NCBI GenBank assembly: GCA_905182615.1
Contig: CAJJCG010000016.1
Location: 8,238 to 72,237 of the forward strand
DNA length: 64,000 nucleotides
Source of the DNA: Alphaproteobacteria bacterium UBA2964
Lineage (GTDB): Bacteria > Pseudomonadota > Alphaproteobacteria > MPNO01 > UBA2964
Direction: 5' to 3'
In this document: positions 1-10,813 of the stretch, in pieces
Position numbering within the stretch: position 1 is the first letter of the stretch
Layout of the letters: each line of letters begins with the position of its first letter
The notes under the pieces: generated by a model
What the model was told of the DNA's origin: nothing
The model's input: only the letters and a program-made list of their open reading frames with translations
The model's database searches: none
Made by a program: the position numbers and the translations under genes

Positions 1-27
1 AACGCCGCAGATTGATTTCGTCCATAA

Positions 28-1452
28 TTATCCCAACGAGAGAAGAAATCTGACTATCTTCCTTGTGCGTTCACTAAACAACGAAGGGGTATAATAAGAC
101 CCCGCAGCTCGCTTGTTTATTTCGCCCAGCGTCGGATAGGGCAAGATTAGCCCTGCAACGTCTTTGATCTTCATCTTTTTGGATATCGGCAGACACCAGC
201 TTTGAATAATTTCGCCAGCCTTCTCGCCAACCATGCTGGCGCCAACAACGATCCCTTTAGAGGTTGTAATTACCTTCAACAACCCATCCGTCTCCGCTTC
301 TGCGCGGGCCCGGTCATTGTCAGCGAATTTGGCCTGCAACACTTTTATATCGCCAAACTGTTGGCGCGCGGCCGCCTCCGTCAAACCAATTTGGGCAAGC
401 TCAGGCGACGTATAAGTCACCCACGGCACGGCGGTGTAATCTGATTTCGTCGGCAGCCGGAACAGGATATTCCTGATCGCAATACCGGCTTGGTATCCTG
501 CTATATGCGTAAATTTATATCCTTCCGCAGCATCCCCAATGGCAAATACCCGTTTGCTTGAGGTTTGCATCCGCGCATTGACAGGAATGCCGCCACGACC
601 CGACTCAATGCCTGCAGCCTCAAGGTTTAGATCGCCAATATTCGGTGTGCGGCCAACGGCAAGAAGAAGATGAGAGCCTTCAAAATTTAGTGCCGCGCCA
701 TCGTGTTCAGCCTCAACGACCATGGCACCAGCGCCTCCAGAAATAGATTTGACCATCGTTTCTTCATGAATATCAACGCCTTCCGCAGCAAGGCGATCTT
801 TAACAACAACAGCGACGTCAGGGTCGTCATTCCCTAGCGCTTTCAGCCCTTCTATGACCGTTACCTTTGCCCCAAGCCGTCTATGCGCTTGCGCTAGCTC
901 TAGCCCGATAGGACCACCGCCTATTACTAATAGATGCTCTATCGGCTCCGCATGATCGAAGATTGTTTCATTAGTAAAGAACGAAACAGTATCGAGACCA
1001 GGGATCGGCGGCACGGCGGGTGCAGATCCAGTCGAAATGATTATACGCTTCGCAAATATCTCAAAGTCGCCCGCCATAACGGTCCGTGGACCGCTGAAAC
1101 GTCCATGTTCACGGATAACCCTGACACCAAGCTCTTCAAACCGTTCTTGTGAATCGTGCGGCGCAATATCCGCGATTACGCCTTTAACATGTGCGTGAAC
1201 TTTTTCATGATCGATAGTAGGTTCCGCAGCTTCAATACCAAAACGTTTGGCAGAGCGCACCGCATGCGCGGCGTGACCGGCGGCAATCAGGGCTTTCGAG
1301 GGGACACAGCCATAATTCAGGCAGTCGCCACCCATCTCGCCTTTTTCAAGGAGGACAACATCCGCGCCCATCTGAACCGCGCCAGCAGCGAAGGACAGAC
1401 CGCCTGAGCCTGCCCCAATGACACAAACATCGGTTTCAATCCGTTCACCCAT
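28..1452 (-). CDS. FAD-dependent pyridine nucleotide-disulfide oxidoreductase (dihydrolipoyl dehydrogenase / glutathione reductase family)
   Basis: N-terminal GAGSGG FAD motif; redox-active disulfide motif GGDCLNYGCVPSK; second Rossmann GGGPIGLE; C-terminal dimerisation motif YPTLGE. Family-level call from motifs only. Confidence 0.8.
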   Translation of the reverse strand: MGERIETDVCVIGAGSGGLSFAAGAVQMGADVVLLEKGEMGGDCLNYGCVPSKALIAAGHAAHAVRSAKRFGIEAAEPTIDHEKVHAHVKGVIADIAPHDSQERFEELGVRVIREHGRFSGPRTVMAGDFEIFAKRIIISTGSAPAVPPIPGLDTVSFFTNETIFDHAEPIEHLLVIGGGPIGLELAQAHRRLGAKVTVIEGLKALGNDDPDVAVVVKDRLAAEGVDIHEETMVKSISGGAGAMVVEAEHDGAALNFEGSHLLLAVGRTPNIGDLNLEAAGIESGRGGIPVNARMQTSSKRVFAIGDAAEGYKFTHIAGYQAGIAIRNILFRLPTKSDYTAVPWVTYTSPELAQIGLTEAAARQQFGDIKVLQAKFADNDRARAEAETDGLLKVITTSKGIVVGASMVGEKAGEIIQSWCLPISKKMKIKDVAGLILPYPTLGEINKRAAGSYYTPSLFSERTRKIVRFLLSLG

Positions 1453-1479
1453 GGGAAACTCCGTGGCAAGTTATCTATT

Positions 1480-2313
1480 TTATGACGCCGAGCGGCCTTT
1501 GAACTTTTTATAGAGCACCGGCAACAACACAAGCGCGGCCAGTCCGGCGATAGGTAACAAGAAACGTGGTTCAAAAATAATGCCGAGATTAACATCCTGA
1601 CCCGCCTCAAGCAGTGCACCAACCCCGTCACCAACCAAAGCGTATACGAACGTACCGGGAATAATGCCGACCGCAGTACCGAATATATAAATGCCAACCG
1701 GAACACTTAGGAACGCAGGGACCAAATTCACCAACCAGAAAGGGAATACGGGAATCAAACGTAGAAATAACAGGTAACTCAGAGCGTTTTCCTTAAACCC
1801 ATCTTCCATCTTGCGGATCGCACCACCAGCCTTGTCACGTAGAAAATCTGCCCATGCGCAGCGTGCAGCCAGAAAAATAGCTGTCGCCCCAATCGTCGCG
1901 CCTATAACGGTTAGTGTACCGCCCAACCACGGCCCGAACAAAAAACCGCCGGCAATTGTCATTACAGCGCCGCCAGGGATTGAGAATGCCGTCACGAGAG
2001 CATAGACACTAGCATAGGCTAGCCAGGCGACGAGCCCGGTATCAGCGACCCATCCGGTCAGGGCTTCGCGGTTTTCTTTGAGAGCGCTTAAGGAAAGATA
2101 ACGATCAAGGTCAAAGGCAAAGAAAGCGACCAATCCAGCAATAAGGATAACAACTGGGATCAACTTCGCTAGAGAAAGCACCGTTTTTTCACCGGGTCCC
2201 AGCGTCGCGGAGTCATTCTGCGTATCATCACCCAAGGTCTTCTCCTCCGGAAAAATGGCGGCGGCATGCTGCTTGGACGCCCGCCCAACCATACCCACTA
2301 ATTCTTTATCCAT
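1480..2313 (-). CDS. DedA/TVP38 family inner membrane protein
   Basis: Multi-pass hydrophobic protein with a DedA-like segment LRLIPVFPFWLVNLVPAFLSVPVGIYIFGTAVG. Confidence 0.7.
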   Translation of the reverse strand: MDKELVGMVGRASKQHAAAIFPEEKTLGDDTQNDSATLGPGEKTVLSLAKLIPVVILIAGLVAFFAFDLDRYLSLSALKENREALTGWVADTGLVAWLAYASVYALVTAFSIPGGAVMTIAGGFLFGPWLGGTLTVIGATIGATAIFLAARCAWADFLRDKAGGAIRKMEDGFKENALSYLLFLRLIPVFPFWLVNLVPAFLSVPVGIYIFGTAVGIIPGTFVYALVGDGVGALLEAGQDVNLGIIFEPRFLLPIAGLAALVLLPVLYKKFKGRSAS

Positions 2314-2493
2314 TGGCGTGTACCATAGTCATTCTACCCTGATCTAGTCACCGTAGGGGGATGAACCAATCAACTGCCGCTAAACTAAACGTGAAGAGCG
2401 TAAATTTAGGGTGTCGCAATGAATTGACTTCGCCGCGCCAAAACCTTATACAGCCTCCTCTTTTTACTCATCTCCAATTTGCGGAGTTCTACC

Positions 2494-2628
2494 GTGAAGC
2501 GCACATATCAACCGAGCGTTCTCGTTCGTAAACGTCGTCATGGGTTTCGTGCCCGTAAAGCCACCGTTGGCGGTCGCCGGGTTCTTGCGACCCGTCGCGC
2601 TCGGGGCCGTAAACGTCTGTCCGCCTGA
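2494..2628 (+). CDS. rpmH: 50S ribosomal protein L34
   Basis: GTG start at 2494; translates to [44 protein letters not shown] (44 aa); stop TGA 2626-2628. Missing from the ORF track (<60 aa). Sits directly upstream of rnpA as in most bacteria. Confidence 0.92.
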   Translation: MKRTYQPSVLVRKRRHGFRARKATVGGRRVLATRRARGRKRLSA

Positions 2629-2631
2629 ACG

Positions 2632-3036
2632 ATGACCGAGGCGCCTCAGCGCCTGACACGTCGCCATCAATTTCTCCGCATTGCCCGCGGTGGAAAAAAA
2701 TGCGCCATGCCCGGTCTTGTCTTACAGGCTCAGGAACAGCCGCCCCTTGATCCGGGCGCTGCTGCCGACAATATCCGGGTAGGCTTCACTGTCAGCCGTA
2801 AGGTAGGCAATTCAGTTGTCCGAAACCGTGCGCGTCGACGGCTTCGCGCTGCGGCCGATCTTGTGCTAAAAGAGCACGCAGCTGACGGGCACGATTATGT
2901 CATCATCGGACGCGCTGCCACGCTAGGCCGCAATTTTGTTGCGTTGGTCGGCGATCTCGAAAGTGCACTACATAAGCTGGGTAAATGGCAGGACCCGACG
3001 AATGATAACAGGCCGGCGGAAAGGGAGCGCATATAA
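2632..3036 (+). CDS. rnpA: Ribonuclease P protein component
   Basis: Basic ~130 aa protein immediately after rpmH in the conserved rpmH-rnpA-yidD-yidC order; motif VGFTVSRKVGNSVVRNRARRRLR. Confidence 0.85.
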   Translation: MTEAPQRLTRRHQFLRIARGGKKCAMPGLVLQAQEQPPLDPGAAADNIRVGFTVSRKVGNSVVRNRARRRLRAAADLVLKEHAADGHDYVIIGRAATLGRNFVALVGDLESALHKLGKWQDPTNDNRPAERERI

Positions 3037-3039
3037 GAA

Positions 3040-3303
3040 ATGACTTTTTTGTCAGTCTTTCTGCGATCACTTATTCGTGGCCTCATTCGCTTGTATCAAT
3101 GGGTAATCTCGCCGTTATTTCCAGCAACCTGTCGTTACGCCCCCTCATGCTCGCATTATGCCGCTGATGCCGTTACACGTTTTGGCGTTCTTCGCGGTGG
3201 ATGGATGGCGATGAAACGAATTGGCAGATGTCACCCTTGGGGCGGGACTGGATACGACCCGGTACCTGAAACAATTAAAAACACCTACACGAAAGCAAAA
3301 TAA
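3040..3303 (+). CDS. yidD: Membrane protein insertion efficiency factor YidD
   Basis: YidD signature [27 protein letters not shown]; ~85 aa; sits between rnpA and yidC. Confidence 0.88.
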   Translation: MTFLSVFLRSLIRGLIRLYQWVISPLFPATCRYAPSCSHYAADAVTRFGVLRGGWMAMKRIGRCHPWGGTGYDPVPETIKNTYTKAK

Positions 3304-3308
3304 AGGTC

Positions 3309-5126
3309 ATGGAACAGCGCAATCTTATAATGGCCGTAGTAGCCTCTGTTACAATCCTGCTTGGATGGCAGTTCCTTTATGAACAGCCACGCGTCGAAAA
3401 AGAAATGGCAGCGCGCAAGGCAGCACAAATAGAGGCCACCAAGAACAAACCAGTGGCTGTTCCTGGACAAAAACCCGCAACCAGCAATGGCCAGGGACCA
3501 ACCGTTCCATCGCCAACGCCTCAAACTATGGTGCCATCAGTCCCCGGCAGCGCGGCGCAGATACCGACCGCCCCCGTCGTGGGAGTACCGGTGAAGCCAT
3601 CGGGTCCGTCACGGGCATCTATTTTACAGAAAGCACCCCGAGTACAAATCAGTTCAGACAGACTGACTGGTTCTATCCAACTCAAAGGCGGCCAGATTGA
3701 CGATCTCGTCATCACCAACTACCGCAAAACTCTTGATGCCTCGAGCCCAGCAATCACGCTCTTGTCACCAACCGGCGCAAAAAACCCATATTATGCTCAG
3801 TTCGGCTGGGTAGCCGGCAACTCAAGTGTCAAATTGCCAACAACCGAAACTGTTTGGACAGCCGACCGAACAACCTTATCCCCCAAACAACCTTTGAAGC
3901 TAAGCTGGGATAATGGCCAGGGCCTCAAATTCAATCGCACCATTACACTTGATGAAAACTATATGTTTTCCGTTACGCAAGTGGTTGAAAACAATAGTCG
4001 CAAAACAATCACGCTCTATCCCTACGGGCTCGTCTCCCGTACGGGGACACCTGAAACCCTTGGGTTCTTCATCTTGCATGAAGGATTGCTAGGCGTTTTT
4101 AATGGCCAGCTGAAAGAAGTCGATTACGACGATGTTCAAGATGCCAAGACCATCAGCCAACGAAGCAAGGGTGGCTGGATCGGCATCACCGACAAATACT
4201 GGCTGACCGCGCTCATCCCAGACCAAAAAGCCGACACACAAACGAACTTCCGTCACAACTTGCAATTAAAGAAAGACAAGTATCAGGTCGATTATCTCGG
4301 TGATCCGAAAGTTATCCCGGCAGGTAGTTCTGGCTACGTAAGCAACCAGCTATTTGCCGGCGCCAAGGAAGTTAAAGTGCTGGATTCATATGAAGAGGAT
4401 CTTGGCATTTCACGTTTCGACCTCGCGATCGACTTTGGTTGGTTCTATTTTCTGACCAAACCAATCTTTTACGTTCTTCTGTGGTTCGCTGATCACATTG
4501 GTAATTTCGGGCTGGCCATCCTGCTCCTTACCGTCTTAATCAAACTAGTGTTCTTTCCGCTCGCCAATAAGTCCTATCGTGCGATGAGCCGGCTCAAGCA
4601 ATTACAGCCGAAAATGACCAAGCTCCGCGACCGGCACAAAGATGACAAGGCAAAGATGAACGAAGCGATGATGAAGCTCTACAAGACTGAAAAGGTCAAT
4701 CCGGCTGCCGGTTGCTTCCCGATGCTCGTCCAGATCCCAGTGTTCTTTGCGCTATATAAAGTACTCTTCGTTTCAATTGAAATGCGGCACGCGCCATTTT
4801 ACGGCTGGATTCAGGATCTCTCGGCCCCGGACCCAACATCGCTCTTCACCCTGTTTGGTGTCATCCCTTGGACGCCACCGGAGTTTCTGATGATTGGCAT
4901 CTGGCCGATTCTGATGGGCATAACGATGTTCATGCAGCAGAAGCTAAATCCGGCGCCAGCCGACCCGATGCAGGCAAAAATCTTTATGTTCCTGCCGCTC
5001 ATGTTCACCTTCATGCTGGCACGTTTTCCGGCAGGGCTCGTTATTTACTGGGCCTGGAACAATATTCTGTCGATTGCCCAGCAATGGGTCATCATGCGGC
5101 GCATGGGGGTCAAGGTTAACCCCTGA
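3309..5126 (+). CDS. yidC: Membrane protein insertase YidC
   Basis: 605 aa; N-terminal TM helix, large periplasmic domain, C-terminal 5-TM core with conserved segments (GCFPMLVQIPVFFALY, PLMFTFMLARFPAGLVIYWAWNN). Confidence 0.92.
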   Translation: MEQRNLIMAVVASVTILLGWQFLYEQPRVEKEMAARKAAQIEATKNKPVAVPGQKPATSNGQGPTVPSPTPQTMVPSVPGSAAQIPTAPVVGVPVKPSGPSRASILQKAPRVQISSDRLTGSIQLKGGQIDDLVITNYRKTLDASSPAITLLSPTGAKNPYYAQFGWVAGNSSVKLPTTETVWTADRTTLSPKQPLKLSWDNGQGLKFNRTITLDENYMFSVTQVVENNSRKTITLYPYGLVSRTGTPETLGFFILHEGLLGVFNGQLKEVDYDDVQDAKTISQRSKGGWIGITDKYWLTALIPDQKADTQTNFRHNLQLKKDKYQVDYLGDPKVIPAGSSGYVSNQLFAGAKEVKVLDSYEEDLGISRFDLAIDFGWFYFLTKPIFYVLLWFADHIGNFGLAILLLTVLIKLVFFPLANKSYRAMSRLKQLQPKMTKLRDRHKDDKAKMNEAMMKLYKTEKVNPAAGCFPMLVQIPVFFALYKVLFVSIEMRHAPFYGWIQDLSAPDPTSLFTLFGVIPWTPPEFLMIGIWPILMGITMFMQQKLNPAPADPMQAKIFMFLPLMFTFMLARFPAGLVIYWAWNNILSIAQQWVIMRRMGVKVNP

Positions 5127-5157
5127 CCCACCCAGCGTCCCGAATAGGGACAGGGAA

Positions 5158-5817
5158 ATGGCACAGCAAATAGATGACGGCGTTATAGCCGACCCGGAAA
5201 AGATCGAGTTTGGGAGAAAGCTTTTCGCTGGCAACTGCCAATTTTTTGCGGGCTCGACCAACCTCGATAATCTGCCGCCGCCAGGACTACCCGAAATTGC
5301 CTTCGCCGGTCGGTCAAACGTTGGAAAATCCAGTCTTATTAATGCTCTGACAGGACAGACGACCCTAGCCCGCACGTCTCGGACCCCCGGGCGAACCCAG
5401 CAACTCAATTTTTTCAATCTAGGGGACCGAATGACACTGGTCGATATGCCAGGGTTTGGGTATGCGCGGGCATCAAAAGCGCGGATACGCGATTGGACGG
5501 CCTTGATGCATGATTATCTGAAAGGCCGCGTCACCCTATACCGACTTTGTCTCTTGATTGATGCCCGTCATGGCGTCAAGGAATCTGACGAAACATTAAT
5601 GAACGAGCTAGATCAGGCGGCGGTGGTTTATCAGATTGTGCTGACCAAAGCTGACAAGGTATCAAAAACCGCGCTTACAGAATTCTCAAAAACATTTGAC
5701 GCAATGCGGAAAAAACATCCGGCAGGTCATCCGGATGTTATTGCCACGAGTGCACGTAAAAACATGGGCATCCAAGAGCTTCGAGCGTCGCTCGCGGCGC
5801 TGGCAGCGCCCAAGTAA
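5158..5817 (+). CDS. engB: Ribosome biogenesis GTP-binding protein YihA/EngB
   Basis: G1 motif GRSNVGKSSLINAL, DMPGFGYA, TKADK. The ORF-track start at 5074 overlaps yidC; the ATG at 5158 follows AGGGAAA (RBS-like) after the yidC stop and is the more plausible start. Confidence 0.85.
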   Translation: MAQQIDDGVIADPEKIEFGRKLFAGNCQFFAGSTNLDNLPPPGLPEIAFAGRSNVGKSSLINALTGQTTLARTSRTPGRTQQLNFFNLGDRMTLVDMPGFGYARASKARIRDWTALMHDYLKGRVTLYRLCLLIDARHGVKESDETLMNELDQAAVVYQIVLTKADKVSKTALTEFSKTFDAMRKKHPAGHPDVIATSARKNMGIQELRASLAALAAPK

Positions 5818-5857
5818 TTCATATAAAGTGCCGCGCGTTTAAGAAACGAGTAGGTCG

Positions 5858-6805
5858 ATGGCTACATCAAAAGCAAAAAAATCAGGCGGACAGCACTCTC
5901 AGGACAAGCGGCTAGAAAAGGCGAGAACCCTCTCCGAGGCCTTGCCCTATATGCGTGCCTATGCCGGCAAAACCTTTGTCGTCAAATATGGTGGTCACGC
6001 GATGGGCGACCCTGAGCTGGCAAAGCTATTCGCCCGAGACATCGTTTTACTCAAACAGGTCGGAATCAACCCCATCGTTGTCCATGGTGGCGGGCCGCAG
6101 ATCGGCACCATGCTTGAGCGGCTAAAGATCAAGAGCTCATTCATTGATGGTCTACGGGTAACAGATGCGGCGACTGTTGAAGTCGTGGAGATGGTTCTTG
6201 CCGGCAGCATCAACAAACAAGTGGTTGGCGCAATCAACGAGGCAGGCGGCACGGCCATTGGACTGTCGGGCAAAGACGGCAATCTGATTCAAGCAAGAAA
6301 ACTGAAACGGAAAAAGCGCGACCCGGATTCAAATATCGAAAAAGTTGTCGATCTCGGATTTGTCGGCGACCCGGTTGCAATCAATTCCGACGTATTGGAA
6401 GAGCTCGCCTCCTCCGACATCATCCCGGTGATCGCGCCGTTAGGAACCGGGCCCAAAGGTATTACCTATAACATCAATGCAGATACGGCAGCAGGGGCGA
6501 TTGCCGCCGCTGTCGGTGCTTCCCGGCTGCTGATGCTCACAGACGTCAAAGGCGTTCTCGATAAGAAGGGCGATCTCATCGCAGAGATGACGGCTACTCA
6601 GGGGCGTACAAACATCCGCAACGGAACGATCAAAGGCGGCATGATTCCCAAGACAGAGACTTGCCTTGATGCCGTCAAAGGTGGTGTGGAGGCTGCTGTC
6701 ATACTCGACGGCCGCGTACCACACGCTCTGATTCTCGAGATATTTACCGAGCATGGTGTTGGCACGCTGATCCGTCAGGCCGCCAAGCGCCGCAACAAAC
6801 GTTAG
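5858..6805 (+). CDS. argB: Acetylglutamate kinase
   Basis: Amino-acid kinase fold motifs: [22 protein letters not shown]; ~300 aa. Confidence 0.9.
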   Translation: MATSKAKKSGGQHSQDKRLEKARTLSEALPYMRAYAGKTFVVKYGGHAMGDPELAKLFARDIVLLKQVGINPIVVHGGGPQIGTMLERLKIKSSFIDGLRVTDAATVEVVEMVLAGSINKQVVGAINEAGGTAIGLSGKDGNLIQARKLKRKKRDPDSNIEKVVDLGFVGDPVAINSDVLEELASSDIIPVIAPLGTGPKGITYNINADTAAGAIAAAVGASRLLMLTDVKGVLDKKGDLIAEMTATQGRTNIRNGTIKGGMIPKTETCLDAVKGGVEAAVILDGRVPHALILEIFTEHGVGTLIRQAAKRRNKR

Positions 6806-6821
6806 CATCAATCATTAACCT

Positions 6822-7520
6822 ATGACCGAAGCGATGCCTCAAGCGTCTGATCACGCAGTGATATTCGACCTCGACGGAACACTGGTAGACACCTTGCCAG
6901 ACCTCCATGTCGCCTTGAATCGTGTTCTCAAGGAAGAAGGTCTTCAAACCTTAGCGCCTGCCGAAACACGCCTGATGATCGGCGGAGGCGCCCGGAATCT
7001 TATCGAGCTCGCTTTCCAGAAACGTCAGGTAGCCACTGAAGGGGACCGAATAGAAGCGGGTTTTGACCGTTTTCTCGATTATTACGGAGCAGAGCCAACT
7101 GTTCACTCCCGTCCCTACCCAGGTGTACTCGAGGCACTCACAACGTTGTCAAAAGGTGGTGCGGCACTCGGCGTCTGTACCAACAAACCTCAGGACATGG
7201 CTCAGCAAGTTCTGCAAGGGCTGCAGCTCTCCCATTTTTTCGGTGACGCTGTCATCGGCGGCGACGCCCTGCCTATCCGAAAACCTGATGCTAGACATTT
7301 ACTTGCCGTTGTCGAAAGAACCGGGCGAACGCCGGATAAAACCATCATGGTTGGTGATAGCGAGACCGATGTTGGGGCAGCACGCAATGCCAACATTCCC
7401 GTCATAGCGGTTGATTTCGGTTATACGGCCCTAACACCGGAAGAACTGAAGGCTGATATAATCATATCCCATTTTGACGAGTTACTACCTGCACTCGTGA
7501 CGCTAGGCTTCAACGCCTAA
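6822..7520 (+). CDS. HAD-superfamily hydrolase, phosphoglycolate phosphatase-like
   Basis: HAD motif I VIFDLDGTLVDT; motif III/IV ...MVGDSETDVGAARNANIP. Gph-like by size and motifs; substrate not determinable. Confidence 0.7.
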   Translation: MTEAMPQASDHAVIFDLDGTLVDTLPDLHVALNRVLKEEGLQTLAPAETRLMIGGGARNLIELAFQKRQVATEGDRIEAGFDRFLDYYGAEPTVHSRPYPGVLEALTTLSKGGAALGVCTNKPQDMAQQVLQGLQLSHFFGDAVIGGDALPIRKPDARHLLAVVERTGRTPDKTIMVGDSETDVGAARNANIPVIAVDFGYTALTPEELKADIIISHFDELLPALVTLGFNA

Positions 7521-7547
7521 CCATCCGCCTATTCGTAGTGTAGAAAT

Positions 7548-7970
7548 TCAGCGAACGAGGTGCGTACCGCAACGACTGCCGGATAAATTGCCGCAACCAA
7601 ACAAGTCCCTATACAAATAAGAGAGATCAAACCTGTCGCCTAGAGCGGTATCCGAAAGCGGTAATCGAACAGGGTAATTTGTGGGGAGCCAGACGGTCCT
7701 AAGGAATCTATCTGTACCGGATCGAGCCGGGTACCCAGCGGCAAACGTAATTTTCCGCTCGGCATTGGTTTTGATTAGGATGTCAGCGGCACAAAATTCC
7801 AGAGCGACAAACCGGTCGCGGTCGCGACTGAGAGATTCAACATAACCAGAAACCCTTCCTTGCTGTGATTCCGACGCTACCATGATAAACTCGTATACGA
7901 ATTTGGACGCTAATGTGGACGCTCCATGATAGTAAGGCGCGGGGCTTAACGATTCGTTGTCCTGCCGCAA
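7548..7970 (-). CDS. Hypothetical protein (140 aa)
   Basis: Only ORF filling a 495-bp gap between two + strand genes. No recognisable motif; a loose PilZ-like RxxxR was considered and not confirmed. Confidence 0.35.
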   Translation of the reverse strand: MRQDNESLSPAPYYHGASTLASKFVYEFIMVASESQQGRVSGYVESLSRDRDRFVALEFCAADILIKTNAERKITFAAGYPARSGTDRFLRTVWLPTNYPVRLPLSDTALGDRFDLSYLYRDLFGCGNLSGSRCGTHLVR

Positions 7971-8015
7971 TTAATACGTGCACAATCGACCCCGACCCTA
8001 TCCAGAAGAAGCAAG

Positions 8016-8705
8016 ATGAGCCAAAGAAACAGAATGTCGACAGATCAGGTCGAAACTTGGATTTTCGACCTCGATAACACGCTCTATCCCGTTACAAAGC
8101 CCCTATTGGCACATATCGACGAGCATATGGGTGGATTCGTTGCCAAGTACCTCGGAATCAACCGTGAAGAAGCGCATCAGGTACAAAAATCCTATTTTAA
8201 AAAATATGGCCTGACGCTGCGCGGGCTAATGATCCATGATGGGCTTGATCCTGCTCAATATTTTGAGGAGATGACACCGATGGATCTGAACGAGGTAGAT
8301 CCCAATCCATTGCTCGGTGCCGATATCGCTCGCTTAAAGGGGCGCAAGATTATTTACACAAACGCCTCTGCCCGGCATGCCGAGCTGGTTCTGAAGCGTA
8401 TGGGTTTTGAGGAAGACATTTTCGAAGCAATTTTCGATATTCAGGCCGCAGCGTACATTCCCAAACCCGCCATCGAAGGATATAGGCAGCTATGTGATAC
8501 CTACTCTGTCGATCCAACTCGCGCCGCGATGGTTGACGATATTTCCCGCAATCTCGAGCCAGCCGCCGAGCTTGGCATGATGACAGTTTGGAAAAAGACC
8601 GAGGCGGAATGGGCAAAAGATGTCGCCGTGGAAAATCATATCGACCATGTTGTGGACGACTTGCAGGGATGGATAAAGACCATCCTCAATACCCCTGCAC
8701 CGTGA
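8016..8705 (+). CDS. HAD-superfamily pyrimidine 5'-nucleotidase-like hydrolase
   Basis: HAD motif I WIFDLDNTLYP; overall resemblance to the Sdt1/YjjG-type nucleotidase subfamily. Confidence 0.65.
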   Translation: MSQRNRMSTDQVETWIFDLDNTLYPVTKPLLAHIDEHMGGFVAKYLGINREEAHQVQKSYFKKYGLTLRGLMIHDGLDPAQYFEEMTPMDLNEVDPNPLLGADIARLKGRKIIYTNASARHAELVLKRMGFEEDIFEAIFDIQAAAYIPKPAIEGYRQLCDTYSVDPTRAAMVDDISRNLEPAAELGMMTVWKKTEAEWAKDVAVENHIDHVVDDLQGWIKTILNTPAP

Positions 8706-8804
8706 TCGACAGTCCGCCGCAGTGTTGACAGAACCATGGCTGTAACTATGGTGCGGAAACCTTTTTTTAATCCAAAATACGCGACCAAGAACAGGTAGAA
8801 CAAA

Positions 8805-9662
8805 ATGAGCAGCAGCGACCTCCAAGCAACAATAGATCAAGCATGGGAAGACCGCGACACGATTTCGCCCAGCACAACCAGTGACGTTCGCGACGCCATC
8901 GAAGCGGCGCTAGATGGTCTGGATTCTGGGGAATTCAGAGTAGCCGCAAAATCGGACAGCGGCTGGAAAGTCGAGCAATGGCTCAAGAAAGCTGTCCTGC
9001 TCTCTTTCCGCTTGTTTGACAACGTTCCCATGCCCGGTGGACCAACCGACCCTGTCCGTGGCGAAGCACCCTGGTTCGATAAAGTGGCCTCCAAGTTCGC
9101 GGGCTGGGACGATGCACGCTTCCGCGAAGCCGGTTTCAGAGCGGTCCCAAACTGTACCGTGCGGCGGGGGTCTTATATCGCACCTAGTGTCGTGCTGATG
9201 CCAAGCTTTGTAAATATCGGGGCCTATGTAGATTCCGGCACGATGGTCGACACCTGGGCGACCATTGGTTCTTGCGCACAAATTGGCAAAAACTGTCATA
9301 TCTCAGGCGGCGTTGGTATCGGCGGGGTTCTTGAACCACTTCAGGCCGAGCCAGTGATCATTGGCGATAACTGCTTTGTCGGCGCGCGATCCGAAGTCGC
9401 CGAAGGCGTCATCGTCGAAGATGGTGCCGTGCTATCCATGGGTGTATTCCTCGGCGCTTCGACTAAAATTATTGACCGCGCGACTGGTGAAATCCATATA
9501 GGGACAGTCCCCGCCTATTCAGTCGTTGTCCCCGGTACAATAGCCGGGAAAGAACTACCCGATGGCACACCGGGCCCTAACCTGTACTGTGCGGTGATTG
9601 TAAAACGGGTCGACGAAAAAACCCGGTCGCGCACATCAATAAACGATCTGTTACGCGATTGA
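8805..9662 (+). CDS. dapD: 2,3,4,5-tetrahydropyridine-2,6-dicarboxylate N-succinyltransferase
   Basis: Alphaproteobacterial DapD N-terminus (IDQAWEDRD...); hexapeptide-repeat region ([40 protein letters not shown]); adjacent to dapE. Confidence 0.9.
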   Translation: MSSSDLQATIDQAWEDRDTISPSTTSDVRDAIEAALDGLDSGEFRVAAKSDSGWKVEQWLKKAVLLSFRLFDNVPMPGGPTDPVRGEAPWFDKVASKFAGWDDARFREAGFRAVPNCTVRRGSYIAPSVVLMPSFVNIGAYVDSGTMVDTWATIGSCAQIGKNCHISGGVGIGGVLEPLQAEPVIIGDNCFVGARSEVAEGVIVEDGAVLSMGVFLGASTKIIDRATGEIHIGTVPAYSVVVPGTIAGKELPDGTPGPNLYCAVIVKRVDEKTRSRTSINDLLRD

Positions 9663-10813
9663 GTGACATCGTCGACGCTCTGGAGCTCGCGCAGGCACTA
9701 ATCCGCTGCCCAAGCGTAACGCCTGCCGACGAAGGCGCGCTCGGCGTTCTGCAATCCTCGCTGGAAGGATTGGGCTTCACCTGCCACCGGATGATTTTTT
9801 CGGAAGAGGGTACACCTGACGTCGACAATCTTTACGCCCGCCTCGGCACAGATGGCCCGAATTTTTGCTATGCTGGCCATACCGATGTTGTACCGGTCGG
9901 GAACGAAGCTGGCTGGACGGTTGATCCGTTCGGCGGTGAAGTAATCGACGGAACCCTATACGGCCGAGGCGCCACCGACATGAAGGGCGGTATCGCCTGT
10001 TTTGTTTCCGGCATGGCACAGTTCCTTAAAAACCGATCAGGGAACTTCAACGGATCAATCAGCCTCCTGATTACCGGTGATGAGGAAGGACCCTCAATTA
10101 ACGGCACCCGCAAGGTGCTCGACTGGATGGCTGAACGTAATGAGGCGCTCGACGCCTGCATCGTCGGCGAACCGACCAACCCGAATAAACTTGGTGAAAT
10201 GGTCAAGATTGGCCGCCGCGGTTCAATCTCCGGATGGCTGACAGTCCATGGCATGCAGGGGCATACGGCATACCCCCATCTAGCCGACAATCCTCTCCCC
10301 CGCATGATCGAGATGCTTAGGGCTATCACTTCGGAAGAGCTCGATGAAGGAACCGACCATTTTCAACCCTCCAATCTGCAGCTAACCACGATCGATGTCG
10401 GCAATACGGCAACCAATATCATTCCCGGTGAGGTCCGCGCCGCGTTCAATGTCCGATTTAACGATCTTCATACCAGCGGGTCGCTGATGGCCTGGGTGAA
10501 AGAAAAGTTTGATGCGATCGGCGGTGATTACGACGTTGAATTTCAAATCACCGGAGAGGCATTCCTGACTCCACCAGGCAAGCTTAGCAGCTTGCTATCC
10601 GAAGCTGTTGAGCAGGCAACCGGATTAAAGCCTGACCTCAGCACAACCGGCGGCACTTCAGACGCCCGCTTCATAAAAGATTTTTGCCCTATTGCTGAAT
10701 TCGGGCTGATCAGCCAATCCATGCATAAAGTCGACGAATGCGTCCGTCTGTCCGATATGGAACAGCTAACCAATATTTACGAGATTTTTTTGGACGGCTA
10801 TTTCGCCGAATGA
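9659..10813 (+). CDS. dapE: Succinyl-diaminopimelate desuccinylase
   Basis: M20 peptidase motifs [20 protein letters not shown]; start overlaps the dapD stop (ATGA). Confidence 0.9.
   Translation: MSDIVDALELAQALIRCPSVTPADEGALGVLQSSLEGLGFTCHRMIFSEEGTPDVDNLYARLGTDGPNFCYAGHTDVVPVGNEAGWTVDPFGGEVIDGTLYGRGATDMKGGIACFVSGMAQFLKNRSGNFNGSISLLITGDEEGPSINGTRKVLDWMAERNEALDACIVGEPTNPNKLGEMVKIGRRGSISGWLTVHGMQGHTAYPHLADNPLPRMIEMLRAITSEELDEGTDHFQPSNLQLTTIDVGNTATNIIPGEVRAAFNVRFNDLHTSGSLMAWVKEKFDAIGGDYDVEFQITGEAFLTPPGKLSSLLSEAVEQATGLKPDLSTTGGTSDARFIKDFCPIAEFGLISQSMHKVDECVRLSDMEQLTNIYEIFLDGYFAE

Noticed and set aside
1317-1706. 129-aa minus-strand ORF spanning the junction of the oxidoreductase and DedA genes
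   Set aside because: It overlaps the ends of two supported genes in another frame, and its product is Arg/Leu-rich with low complexity.
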